Shown: one piece after another, positions 37,315-49,346 of the stretch | Numbering within the stretch: position 1 is the stretch's first letter | Layout: each line of letters begins with the position of its first letter | Assembly (NCBI GenBank): GCA_965655095.1 | Contig: OZ296648.1 | Coordinates: 71,052,001 to 71,116,000, forward strand | Reading direction: 5' to 3' | DNA from: Haplodiscus bocki | Taxonomy: Eukaryota | Length of the DNA: 64,000 bases | Translations under genes and position numbers: made by a program | Notes under the pieces: model-generated | Seen by the model: the letters and a program-made list of their open reading frames with translations, nothing else | What the model was told of the DNA's origin: nothing | Databases searched by the model: none

Positions 37315-38623
37315 ATGTGCTGATAAATGTATTTGTTAACGTTTCAAATAATTCTGAAAAGAGAAGTGACACAAGTTTGTTTGTACAAAAACCTTTTTTG
37401 AGAACTAAATTTATAGAGAGTAAAATTGAAGAAGATATAAACTCAAAAAATCAAAACAGAATTAAAAACCTGCCTGGTCCAATATCAATCGGAGAAGCAG
37501 CTTCAGAAAAGTATCTTGATAATAAACGTAACAAGGATTTTGACTTCAAAAATGAAGAAATAGAAAATATGAAATTTGTTCAAGTTAATTATCAACCCGC
37601 TGTTAATCAACATTTAACTCCTAAAAATTACGTAGATAATGCTATAGACGAATCAACTTTAGTAAGAAATAATCAAGATAATAATTTTAAATTTTATAAC
37701 TTAACCAATGTAAAAAGTATTACTTTAACCACTCAAGCACTAAGTGATAATCAAGTCATTATTAGGGCATATGTAGATCAATTTCATCAAGAAAATGACC
37801 AGCCTAGACGAGATTTGGGATAATGTTTTTTAGATCAGTCAAGTGATTTGGTAAAAAATAACCAAGATAATAGTTTTAATGATATTAAATTAACTAATTT
37901 AGATGGTATCACTGTTAATAGAAATCAAAATTTAGATAATGAATTAGCAAAAAAAATATGACGACGAGTCATTAGGGCTGGTAATATTCAAAGACTTAAT
38001 CAAACACTAGAAAACTCTGTGAAGGTATTTGTCGGTAATGATGCTTTTAATCAAACTATGTATGATAAAATACAGTTTATAGCTACAACGGAACCTAAAA
38101 ATCCAAATAGTGGCAGCAACTGTTGACAAAAAAGGCCCATTAAATGTAATAAGAAAAATGGTCATTCGAAACAACGAAATTTTCTAAAGTCAACAAAAAC
38201 ACGCTCTCCAACTAGTAATTATGGAGCTAATAGTCTTCCTTCGATTGAGGATAGTTTTATAAACATAAAAACAGGTAAAAAAATCGGGTAGTGAAATTAC
38301 CTTCGTTTCGTTTGAACGAACAGATATTGTTCAAATTAGTAAAAATAGTTTCTATTATAATAGATTTTTAATTTTAACCAATTACTCACTAAAACCGATG
38401 GGAAGATTTAGAAATCATTTGCATTTTAGTTGATAATACTTGGTCAATTAGATAGAATCTACCTAAAAGCGATCAATAAAGTGATTCATCAACAGATTGG
38501 ACTCTACCCAGTTTGGATTTTACAAAAATGATTTATGGTCGTAAATTGTTTTATGATCAAATAGATACAGCTCATGCTGAGCTGTGTTTTAGTAACATTA
38601 CAACAATACATTCTGTATATTAA
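37315..38623 (+). pseudogene. fibre/spike-like virion protein with (K/R)xYVD shaft repeats and a beta-rich C-terminal domain
   Basis: Repeats EAASEKYLDN, HLTPKNYVDN, QVIIRAYVDQ, ELAKK.YD, separated by LV(R/K)NNQDNxF-x-x-x-x-LTN units; C-terminus FVSFERTDIVQIS...FYYNRF...YDQIDTAHAELCFSNIT. Stops and frameshifts present. Confidence 0.6.
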
Positions 38624-39070
38624 ATAAATCATGGAAATTATTTCAAAATTATATTGGAATTATAGAAAAACAGTGGTATTAATGTTCCTAATTAAAAACT
38701 ATGTTGATTTATTAAAAGAATATAAATTCTTGAAAAAAGATGTTAATTGTCTTGGTTTAGTGTTTAAAAATAATATGGAGCAATATGAAGATCACCTTGA
38801 TTATAATAAAGATGAAGAAGAATCTACTATCGACAAAACTTCAAGAAGATAAACGAAAGCTTACTTTTCTGATATGTTTGAAGATGTTAGACAAGAACGT
38901 TCGTTGATAAAATTACTTTCATCAAGAGATCCAGATGAATGAAACCAAATAAAATTTACAGATCATGAAATAAATAAAAAATCTTGCTCTCGAAAAATTA
39001 CAGAGACAAAAATGTTTAAAGGAATTTTTTCTTCACAAATATCAGAATAGTATTTTCTGTTTAGTAAATA

Positions 39071-39686
39071 ATGGCCTATCCAATAACAAAAAATGATCCA
39101 GAATTGTTAGAAATAAAAACCAGAGATGATGAAATAAACGATTCAAAATATGAATCTGGAAAATATGATCATGAGAAAATATTGAAATCACTTAAAAACG
39201 ATAAGGATTTTTAAAAAAATATATTCTAAGATAAATACAAGGAAAACTTATATTACCGTCTTAGACGTCTTAACAAGTGCCGCTCGATTGCCAGTGGGTA
39301 CTTCTCTGTCTATAACAGGAGTTGCAGCAAGCGTTGGTTTTCCTCTAGCAGTTTAAATATCGTTTTTATGTAGTGTTGCAGCATTGATTACAAGTGAATG
39401 TTTCTCAAAACTCAAACTAAAATATACGAAACTGAAAGATTGAATAAATATGATAACCATATTATATGAAAAAACATTAAACAAATCAATGATTGATAAA
39501 AGGGTCGATGAAAAAGAATCTGAAGGATTAAAAAAGATTTATAATCACTACTCTGATAAACGCAAAGATACTATGAAAAGTACTGAAATACCTTATCACG
39601 AATTATCTGTTGATATTTTAGGAGAGGATGGTATTACTAGTGATCAAACAACTGAACATAAGATTTTATTAGCGAAATTATTGTGA
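39071..39686 (+). pseudogene. coiled-coil protein with a central Gly/Ala/Ser-rich hydrophobic hairpin (candidate membrane-active protein)
   Basis: MAYPITKNDPELLEIKTRDDEI...VLDVLTSAARLPVGTSLSITGVAASVGFPLAV.ISFLCSVAALITS...KLKLKYTKLKD. Partial second copy at 39793-40336. Confidence 0.6.
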
Positions 39687-40336
39687 ATAATAAATTTTGT
39701 ATAAAGATAACTTTATTTAAATCTGGAAGGAAAAAAGATATCGATATTGAACCAACTGCTCCTCCAGATTATGATTTCTACTGATTAAATGAAAATTTCA
39801 ATCACGATTTTGGAAACCCTAATAAGTGCTGGTAGATTAGCAGTGGGTACTTCTCTGTCTGTAACAAGAATTGAAGCAATCGTAGGTATTCTTATAGCAT
39901 GATGTACATCGTTTTCATCCAGTGTTGCAGCATTGATTACAATTGATTATTGTTCAAAACTCAAACTAAGGTATACGGAACTAAAAGATTGGATTAAAAT
40001 GATCACCATACTATAAGAAGAAACATTAAACAAATCTATGATTGATAAAAAGATTGATAAAAAGAATGAGAAGAATTAAAAAGGATTCATACTCACTACC
40101 TTGATAAACCCGAAGATATTATGAAAAGTACTGAATTATTTTATCACGAAGTATTTGTTGATATTTTGGGAAAGGATGGTATTACTATTGATCAATCAAC
40201 TAAACATAATATTTTTTTTTGCGAAATTAATGTGAAAATTAATTTTTGTACAAAGTTCAATTTGTTTAAACCTAGAAAGAAAAAACTATTGATATTGAAC
40301 AGAGTGCTCCTCCCGAACATGATTTTTAGTGAATAA

Positions 40337-40495
40337 ATGACAAAGATGTGGTGTGTTGGTGGTAGACATTACAGTATTACAATAAATCAGAAAGTATATG
40401 AAAAATTAAAAGTTAAAACTCAAAAACTCGTTAAAATTATCAAGGGTACCTTTAGTGTTTGTGGTCGAAATAAATCACAATTTTTCAAAAGGATA
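40337..40495 (+). pseudogene. small zinc-ribbon protein (DUF5679-like)
   Basis: MTKMWCVGGRH...IIKGTFSVCGRNKSQF matches the (Y/W)C...G-x-C-x-x-C-G-x-x-K-S-x-F pattern with one Cys lost. Confidence 0.55.
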
Positions 40496-40910
40496 ATGAC
40501 AAGAGGAGAATTTTTTTTAAAAAAAAGGAAGTTGTAAATACAAACACTATTGACCAATGTCAAATTCAGCTTGGTGTCATCTAAATACTAAGGGTGATTT
40601 TCTTAAATTACATGATCTTTGTCATAATCCAAAATGTTAAAGTCAAAAGCAAACCACTTTTACTCAAGAAAATTTCAAATGGAAAAAGGATCTCATAAAA
40701 ATAAAAGAAAATCATTTTTCCGAGGAACATAAGCCGCCTGGAATAAAGCCTTCAAACCTGCAGTCAAAATAGCAGCACCGTTTATTGGTGTGGCTTTTGA
40801 AGCAAAAAGCAAAACTCCAAAGATTGGACAATTATTTTGAAATCAATTCCAGGAGGTAAAATATTATCACCAACAGATTTGCATGGCAGTGGACTCAGAT
40901 TAAAAATTAA
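40496..40910 (+). pseudogene. basic core-like protein with an amphipathic helix
   Basis: ...LKLHDLCHNPKC..KQ.TFT..FQME.G..., AAWNKAFKPAVKIAAPFIGVA..., LKSIPGGKILS.TDLHG.GLRL; conserved in copy 2 (50300-50725). Confidence 0.5.
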
Positions 40911-40949
40911 TTGGATTAAATCAATTAAAATTTGTCAAGTAAACGAGTG

Positions 40950-41570
40950 GTTGTATTAAAGGTTTTTATGAATATAGATTAGTTAAAAAGTGTACAAAAT
41001 GTGAAAACTTCTCATTGAAATCTTATTTTTATAAAGACAGAACGAACAAAGATAGTTTTAGTCCAGAGTGTAACTTTTGTTGTAAAGAGTGTCTTAATGC
41101 TAAAAGAGATCGATTACTAAACAATCATAAATCTTTTAATAGAAAGAATCGATCAAAACTGAAAAATTTTGAAAAAAAAGAAAAAATAATTTCAATTTCA
41201 AATTATCTCTTAATAAAAGAGGTAGAACTCGACAAGCATTTAAATCTCAGAAGGTTAAAAAATTAAACAAAACTTTTGATTGAAGCGGCTGTTCTCAATC
41301 ATTTTTCAAAGGATGGATCTGTCATCAACCATATAGCGAAATGACTGAAAAAAATTACGCTTCTGTATGGACTATTGATCATTGTTATCCTCTTTCAAAA
41401 ACTAACTTATCTAATGAAATTGAGATGAGTAAATCTACTTATTGGATAAAATTGAGACCAATGTAAAATAGTCAAAATAGTTCAAATGGTTCTAGAATTG
41501 ATCATCGCTTTTACCTATTGCAGGGAATCTAGGAAAAAAAATTGAAATTAAATGATGAAAATAGAGCGAA
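40950..41570 (+). pseudogene. HNH-type endonuclease with an N-terminal CxxC...CxxC zinc finger
   Basis: KKCTKC...FYKD..NKD..SPECNFC, then GCSQSFF.GWI..Q...MTEKNY.SVWTIDHCYPLS...LRPM...N. W-x-I-D-H-x-x-P is an HNH signature common in large DNA viruses. Confidence 0.75.
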
Positions 41571-42404
41571 GATTTTCATTGATGAGATATACAGTAAATC
41601 TCCTCAGAAGAATTATGAAACAAATAAGACAACAATTAAGTCTGTTGATGATGCTTGGTCCTCATATTTGTTAGACATGAATGATTTTGGTCCTAAAAAT
41701 GATAAAGGATATAGATATATTTTAGTAGTAATCGATAATTTAATATTTTTGTTTGGACATTTCATTTGAAGATGAATTTCGCAAAATCAATATTAGATGC
41801 TTTTTCAGCAATTGTTAAAACATCAAAATGTAAACTACATCTCTTCGAAACAGACGATGGTAATGAATATGTTAATAATTTTTCCAACAAATTCTTAAGG
41901 AATAATCACATTGAAAGATATTCTCGCTATACTGATAAGGGAGCTGTATTTGCAGAACGATTTATTAAATCCTTAAGAATTTTTTTGACAAAACCAGTGT
42001 TTGAAAAAAGAAGCGCTAACTGGTTAAGTAAATTACCATCCGTTGATAACCAATAAAATAATACTATTCATAGCTCAACAAAAATGAAACCAATCAATGC
42101 TTCAAAAAAGCACGTGAAAAACTAGCATTTAATAAACTTAAAGACAAGAGCAAAAAAACAAAAACCAATTTATAAAATGGAGAATTGGTTACAACTTCTG
42201 ATATTAGATCGGTTTTCAGCAAAAGAGACAGCGCAAATTTTAGCTCTGCGCTTTATACAATAACCGATGTCATTCAGGATACAATGCCCAGCTATAGAAC
42301 TAATTATTTACCTGAGAGATGTGATCAAAGTTTTTTTTACTACCAACAAAACTATCTCTTGAACAGAATTTTCAAGTTAAGAAAGAATTGAACTTATTTC
42401 ACTA
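41560..42404 (+). pseudogene. retroviral-like (rve) DDE integrase
   Basis: WSS(Y)LLDM...GYRYILVVIDN, ETDDGNEY, GAVFAERF, N.TIHSSTKM.P. First catalytic Asp replaced by Tyr; frameshifts. Confidence 0.92.
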
Positions 42405-42420
42405 AAAACTTTGATAATAA

Positions 42421-43700
42421 ATGCAACTCTCAGAAGATGTACTTGTTGCAAAATGTGGTAAAAACTGTAGTCAATGTTCTCGAAGTACTTTATTATCATA
42501 GGAATTTGTATGGACTTGTATTGCCTGTGCTTAAAATATATATAAAAAACGAACTTACTAAACTTTCACGAAAAAAATGAACTTCATCAATCGATTAAAA
42601 TATGCTGAACACAAAATTTTTTGCATTTGTAGAGATGTAAAAAAATATAATAAGGTTATGATTTCGATAAAAATATTTGACGCTTCATCCAAATTCAAAA
42701 TAGCTATACCTTTTTCGAAAAATAAAAAAATGTTAGTAAATATCCTGATTTTGAACAAAATTACTATTCTAGAACATTTGAAGGAATATATTAAACTGGA
42801 CATGATAGTATTAGATTAATGAAATGGATGGCATTTTACGATAGATACTTCGAGAACAAACACTATTTTAACGTAATGGCATCTGTTTCAACGTGTCTAA
42901 AGGAAAATCTCAAGGGTAGATATTATTTGGGCGTGAAAAATAAACGTTATATCTTTCATCCAACTGAAATTATAATTTTAGGACACAGAACTCAATATCT
43001 AGTACAAAACGAAACACAACTTAGAAAAAATCAAAAAGTATAAAAAATATTAATGATGAAATAGTAGTTAAGAATTGTCCCAAAAACAAACATCCAAGTA
43101 TTTAACAACAAAAACGTAACCTTCCCTCATGCCCTAGTTGTAAGAGAAATAATTGGAGTAAGTTTGATATAGGTTATTTTTGTCGAAATTGTGAATTTGT
43201 TATTAGTAAACAAAAACATCAAAATGATAAAAAACTTTTTAGACAAGATAGATAGTTTTCAACGAGATAACCTTATGCTAATAAAAAGATTAGAGAGTTT
43301 CATTGTTCCATGGTAAATACTCAATATGATTCAATACAAGATATGTTTGATAAATCACAAAGTTTTAAAGGTAAAGCAAATTAAAAATTTTATCAAAAAA
43401 ATAGTAATTACCATGATGAAATATAGAAGGCGAAGTGATATTTTTCAATTTGAAGAAGATCCTTCAAGTAAAATACAGAAGGAATTAGCCAAAATTATCA
43501 GGAGGTGTTATTAACAATGGAATTTTTACAGATTAATCCTCAGGCTAAGAATTTGATATTTAATTGTTTTGATTTGTTCTAAACTGTTGACAAAAATAGA
43601 GATGATAAAAAAATATTGTGCATGGGAAATAAGATGATTTTATAATACCAAGTCATGGTACAGGAAATAAACCTAGTGAAAAAAGAATAAGGTAGAGCAA
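42421..43700 (+). pseudogene. cluster of about three small decayed accessory genes, two with CxxC...CxxC motifs
   Basis: MQLSED...CSQC...WTCIAC (42421-); MKWMAFYDRYF (42819-43043); CPSC...YFCRNCEF (about 43130-43200). Colinear copies at 52201-53500. Confidence 0.5.
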
Positions 43701-43754
43701 AATGAGATCTCGGATAAATCATCTCAAATTTTCTCTTTTATATAAATAGAGACG

Positions 43755-46700
43755 TGAAAAAGAATAGCTGCAGATGTGATATACGTCAGAATAATGTTCT
43801 TAGAGCAAGTTATGCAAAACACTTAAGAGGCAAAAAACACAAAGAAAATGAGAAAAAGAATGAAATGATTATACCAGAACAGTTATTTCAAGAACCTATT
43901 GAAAATAAAATTGAAAATATATTTATATAATCCTAAACTTCTTAAAACCAATAGCGAGAAATAATTACAAATGAGATGGTAAAGAATTAGCTAAAAAGAT
44001 GATTAACCGATGTTATTTTACCGATAGAGCATTACAAGTTGATTTTAATATAATATTTGATTTCATCATATCGATCATGCTATTTCTAAATTAACTATTA
44101 ACCCAATTTATCCCGAATTTGGAATTGAACCCCAATTTATTAACAAAATCCTGAAAGGGATGTCTGTTATGCATGCTAGATTAGTAAAACAAAACAAATT
44201 CAAATATCAAACAAAATTTTCAGCTAAATTTGATAAACAAGATGAAGATAATCAAAGGTTAGATGAAGCTGAGCTAAATAAAAACTAAAATATTAAAAAG
44301 AAATTAACAAAAACTGGTTTCGATAGTATTAATGTTAGGTTTGCTTTAGAAGAACAAATTCAAATTCAAAAAATGAGGGATTCTAGTTGGCGATTTGATA
44401 AAGTTAATTCTATGACTAAACTTTTCTACAAAAAGCGGTGAAATGAATGGATCGAGTTATGTAAAAACTCCATTGAGAAATTCTGCTATACTAAAAATTC
44501 AAAAGTATGATAATTTTTGTTTCTTCTGGTCGATATTAGCTCACCTTCATCGAATGTTAGATTCAAAATGGGTCATGCAACAAGAGTTTCAATTTATAGA
44601 AAAACATTTAATGAATTAAACATTCAAGGTTTTCATTTTCTTAATGGATTTTAGAAAAATAACGTTCATAAATTTGAAAAGTTAAACAATTTGTCTATGA
44701 ACATACTTGAATTAGGTTTTTTTATAGATCAAAAAATTTGGAAATATCAATTAATCCCTGTCGACCTAAGTAAAAGAGAATCAGATAGAATTATTGACTT
44801 GTTAATCTATCAAAATCATTATGTTGTCATTAAAAATTCAAATGTATTTTTGGGAAATCATAATTGTAATTTTGTTTGTAGAACGTGTTTGAGTTTTAAA
44901 ACATGTCAAATTATGTTAAAGAAAAATAAAGAAAAAACTGAACAAACACAAGAAATAACTACTGTTAGAACTTCAGATGAATCTCATCTATATTGAAAAA
45001 ATCACTTTCAAAAGACTACATCATTTTTTAGGATTATTGCAGATTTAGAAACTGATATTGAAATTGATAATTTTAATATAGGTAATAAGACAACTAACAT
45101 ATACAAACAAATCCCAGTACTTAATGGTTAATTTATAGTATCTGAAATGGATGACATTTTAAAAAGTGGTTGTTTTGAATCTCCTTTAGGAGAGAATAAT
45201 GTAGATTGGTTTGTTGATGAAGTTATGAAATTAGAAACTAAAATGGCTTTGTATTTAGAAAATACTAAGAAAGATATCATTATGAGTCAAGAAGAGGTTG
45301 AACATTATAGAGAAACTGATATTTGTCGATTTTGTGAGAAAAATACTGAATCCGTTAAAGTGAGATTTCATTGTCACTTAATAGTTAAATACAACGGATC
45401 GGCTTATAATAAATGTAAAATTAAGGTTGAACAGAAACAAAGTAAGTTTACACCTTTTGTAATTCATAATTTGAGTAACTACGATTGTCATTTGTTTTTT
45501 TAAAAAAAGAGTTGATGGGAAAATGATAAAGTAAAAGTTATATTTATACCTAAGAGAAACGAAGAATATATTTTTGTGACTTATGGTTGTATTAAATTCG
45601 TTGATAGTTATCGATTTTTGTCATGTAGTATAGAGGAATTAAGTAAAAAGTTTTTTGAAAATGGTTTTAAAATTTTCGAAGAAAGTGTTTTCTGATCAAT
45701 GGAGAAATTTGAATAAAAAACTGGCTTATCCCTATGAATTTTTCAATAGTATTGAAGATTATCGAGAGCCTGTTGTTATATTGAAAAAAAAGCTTTCTTC
45801 AGTAAATAAAATTTTGCCCTGATGATAGTGAAATAGAACGAACAAATCAAATTGTTAAACTATGTGATAATAAAAAAGCTGAAGAATTAACCAGATTATA
45901 TATGAAAACTGATATCAATTTGTCGGTTGATGTTTTCGAGAAAATTATAAAAGTATCTACTAAAGGAGATGGAGTCAATCCATTTTTTTGTGTTTCTTTA
46001 TGTAGTTATAATTACCAATGTGGAATAAAACCCTACAGGTATTGATTTACAAACACTGCAAGACAAAACTATGATTTTGTTATTAGGGAATATTATAAGA
46101 GAAGGAATAAGCTCAGTTATATGGTATAGATATGTGAAATTGGATGATTATAAAAAGATATTATTTAAAGATGCTATTAATTTATATGGACATTTAATGT
46201 CGCAACTATTACCAATTGATGAAATTAGATTCGAAAGAAATGTTTGCTATACTTTTGTTGGATTATATACTAAATACTACTTCTGATGATTCAGTTACTG
46301 GTTATTCTATAGAAGTTGACCTAAAATACATTAATGATATGAAAGGAAAAACAAAAAAATCCTTTTTGCTCCTTTAAATAAAAAATATTCACAAGATAAA
46401 TTTAATGCTTATATAAATGAAATAAAACCTGAAAATTGTGTATCAAGTAAAAAGATGAGTTGCGATTGGACTGATAAGAAAAAATATGTGATTCAATGTA
46501 TGATGGTAAAATTTAATGGTAGACATGGAATGATAGTAGTAAAAGTTCATGAACTTTTTTCTTTTAAACAGAGTAAGTGATTGAAGAAATATATAAGTTT
46601 TATTATACAAAAAAAGGAATAAGGCTAAAAACAAATTTGAAAAAGATTTTTTTAAACTACTTAACAATGGATTTTTCGGTAAAATGTTAGAAAAGTATTC

Positions 46701-47411
46701 GTAATTGATTCAAAATAGATTTTATTAAAAATTGTTAAATTGATAGGATTATTAAACAACAATCGAATTTAACGTTCAATGGTATTCATAAATCATACAC
46801 AAATTATTGTAGTCAAACTTTCAATCAAAATCAGGTAGTTAAGGTTAAACCAATATATGTTGGTTTTGCTATTTTAGAACCGAGTACGTTTTATATGTAT
46901 GAAACAAATTTTAACAAATTGCAACCCCATTTTGGAAAAGAAATATTAATTTACATTATGTGGATACCGATGGTTTTGTAGCAAGTATGAATACGAAGGA
47001 TATTATCGAAGACCTAAAAGATCTTGAAGACCTATTTGACTTTAGCAATTTGAATGAAAATCATGAACTATTAATTTAAAAAAACGAAAAAATTGCTGGT
47101 AAGTTCAAATTAGAAACTCCTAGAAGTGTTTGGATAGATGAATTTATCTGTTTAAGAAGCACAGCTTATTCTTTTATATGTAATGGTAAAAAGACGAACA
47201 AAATAAAAAGACTTAGTAAATTTTCTTCAACAAATATTAAATTTGAAGAATATAAAAAAATTTAGATGGAGGGAAATATCAAGAAGAGTTTGATAATCAG
47301 TGTTTGAAATCTGTTAGTCATGAGATGTATCTACAAAAAAAATCTAAACAAAACCAATGTGATGATAAACGATGTTATATAAATAATGAAAAAAATAAAA
47401 CTTGGAAGTGA
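43755..47411 (+). pseudogene. protein-primed family B DNA polymerase (pPolB) with an Endonuclease VII-like insertion
   Basis: GSSYV.TP...D.FCFFWSILAHL; ExoI RIIADLE; CRFC...VRFHCHL..KY.GSA...C; ExoII HNLSNYDCH; YPYE; IREGIS; DAINLYG.LMSQ.LP; KLLNNGFFGK; KPIYVGFAILE; YVDTDG (46957-46974). Many stops and frameshifts. Confidence 0.95.
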
Positions 47412-47419
47412 TGGTAATT

Positions 47420-48035
47420 TTTTACATTTTATCAGAATCTTAGAATTTCAACTAATTTCATACTTTCAGTTGTTTTTCCAGCTCAACATAATTTTACAAT
47501 TTAACTATACTTTATAATTTCACGCCATTTTCGAGTATTGTATAAAAAAGCATATGAGGCTAATCGCAAGGGACCGCACATTTTTAAAAAAAAATTAAAA
47601 AATTCATAGCAGAGTTATCCTACACAGGGTATAATTATATTTCATATTATTATTTTTTATTCATACACCTAATTGAAGTTTTTTAAATTTACATCATTGA
47701 TATAGTGTATTTTCATTTATTTATTAACTATTTTGAATAAATTTGACTCAATTTTCACTGATATTTTTAAATTAGTTTTTATAAGTTTAATTTCACATAA
47801 TTATACAAATAACATAGTTTTAAAAATTCACCTAATTATACAATATCAAATTAACATAATTTTCTGAATTCACCAAATTTTTTTTATAGCCTGTGCTATC
47901 CAATGAATAAGTAGTAATTTCTGATTTTTAATTTCTTTCATAATTGTGCCCCTGTGTAGGAACTATGCTAAGAACTTTTTTTGTTAAAATGTGTGTTTTT
48001 CGTGGCTGGCCTCATATGCTTTTCTATACACTACT
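47420..48035 (-). repeat. right TIR of the Polinton, with a nested inverted terminus starting at 47534
   Basis: AGTATTGTATAAAAAAGCATATGAGGC at 47534 and GCCTCATATGCTTTTCTATACACTACT ending at 48035. Confidence 0.88.
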
Positions 48036-48537
48036 TACTTTTTTCTTTTATTTGAGCTCCTGTGACTGAATCGCCTAATAATGCTATCTAAGCAAAAAAA
48101 ACAACATGACTTAGTCCATTCGGAGCTTTGCCGAATTTTTAAGCTGTTCTCCGGCAGAGTTTTCTCGAAAAAAAACGGAAAATTATATAAAAACTCATTT
48201 TGTCCACTATCTCACAAATGGAAATGACTCCAAACAACTTTCAAAAGCTCTTTGACCGTTAGAACAGGCTTTTGGACACCAGTTCATGATATCATAGGTG
48301 AGGGAGACCTTTCGTGTGATCTTGAACGCTTTCTAATTGAAAAACTCGTTTGAATAGGTGTTTCGACTTTTATGGTTCTCAAAACCTTATGGTTATCTCC
48401 TATACATTTTAACTGTGCCTCAACGGAGTATCTCACAGTCCTGAAATCCACAGAAATGTTCTACTAGTAAGTACTCACTTTGTTACACCTACTGAAGAGA
48501 GTTGCAAAAAAATTCTGCCAGCGGAAAGGAATTTTCA

Positions 48538-49346
48538 GAAAACGTCCGAAATTCATATCTTCAGTCAAAAAATGAAGTCTTGCTCCTAGTTTTTTTTTGG
48601 TAGCGCGTACCTCAAAACGTAGGGTCACATGTCGCATGTCAAAAAACAGGTGCGGACTCGGGGCTGTTTTTTTTGTTTTTAGTAACCATTCAAGGAAGTG
48701 GACCTTGCCAAAAAAAACTTTTCTCTGCCTGAAAGGTCGAAAACTCAACTTGTTTTGGAAAATCACATGTTTGTTTTACCAATTGTGAACAACAGAACAA
48801 ACATAAATGTAGAAGAATTACGGAAACTCTTACAGTTAAAAAGCAGCTTCAATTCGTTGAGCATCACGTAGGGCCGTTTTTTTCTGATCGACCAGTTTCT
48901 GAAAGAACAAAGGGTTTTAGATTGCTTGTTTTTTACTTACAGCTACTGTTTTCAAATTGAGTTCAACTTGTCAGATAAAATATCAAGAAGTCGGTACGTT
49001 CTTCCGGAAGAACTCAAATTGTAAAGTAAACTAGCCGATGAAACAACAAGAAAAACTAAGTTTCATTTTTTGCCGAAACTTTTCGGACTCCTTCCGGCTA
49101 TGTTTTTGCAAAAAAAGCAGAAATTCTTTTTTCTCAGACTTTCCATAAGTACAACGGCAGCCAGTTGGCTTGATTCATTTTTTTCCATTGGCGTCCGTGG
49201 TTATCTAGCACCAGTACATAAAAGCAATAACCGGGACTGTTCACTGTGTTTTGTTAGTTTTGGGTAAAACACGACAGTTTCTCTGAACTTCTTGAATGTT
49301 CTCAACCTGGAATACCTGTGGAATTTGAATGCACAGGCCCTGTTTT
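48538..49346 (+). repeat. ~810-bp direct repeat, copy R1
   Basis: AACGTCCGAAATTCATATC...GAATGCACAGGCCCTGTTTT; colinear with 57840-58648, roughly 85% identical by eye. Confidence 0.9.

Larger units (their letters stand above)
34158..48035 (+). mobile_element. Polinton/Maverick (adintovirus-like endogenous virus), 13.9 kb, internally deleted and pseudogenised
   Basis: Termini AGTAGTGTA...TACACTACT, ~600-750-bp TIRs, flanks TACTTC / TACTTT (6-bp TSD with 1 mismatch). Contains ATPase, protease, integrase and pPolB remnants. Confidence 0.95.
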
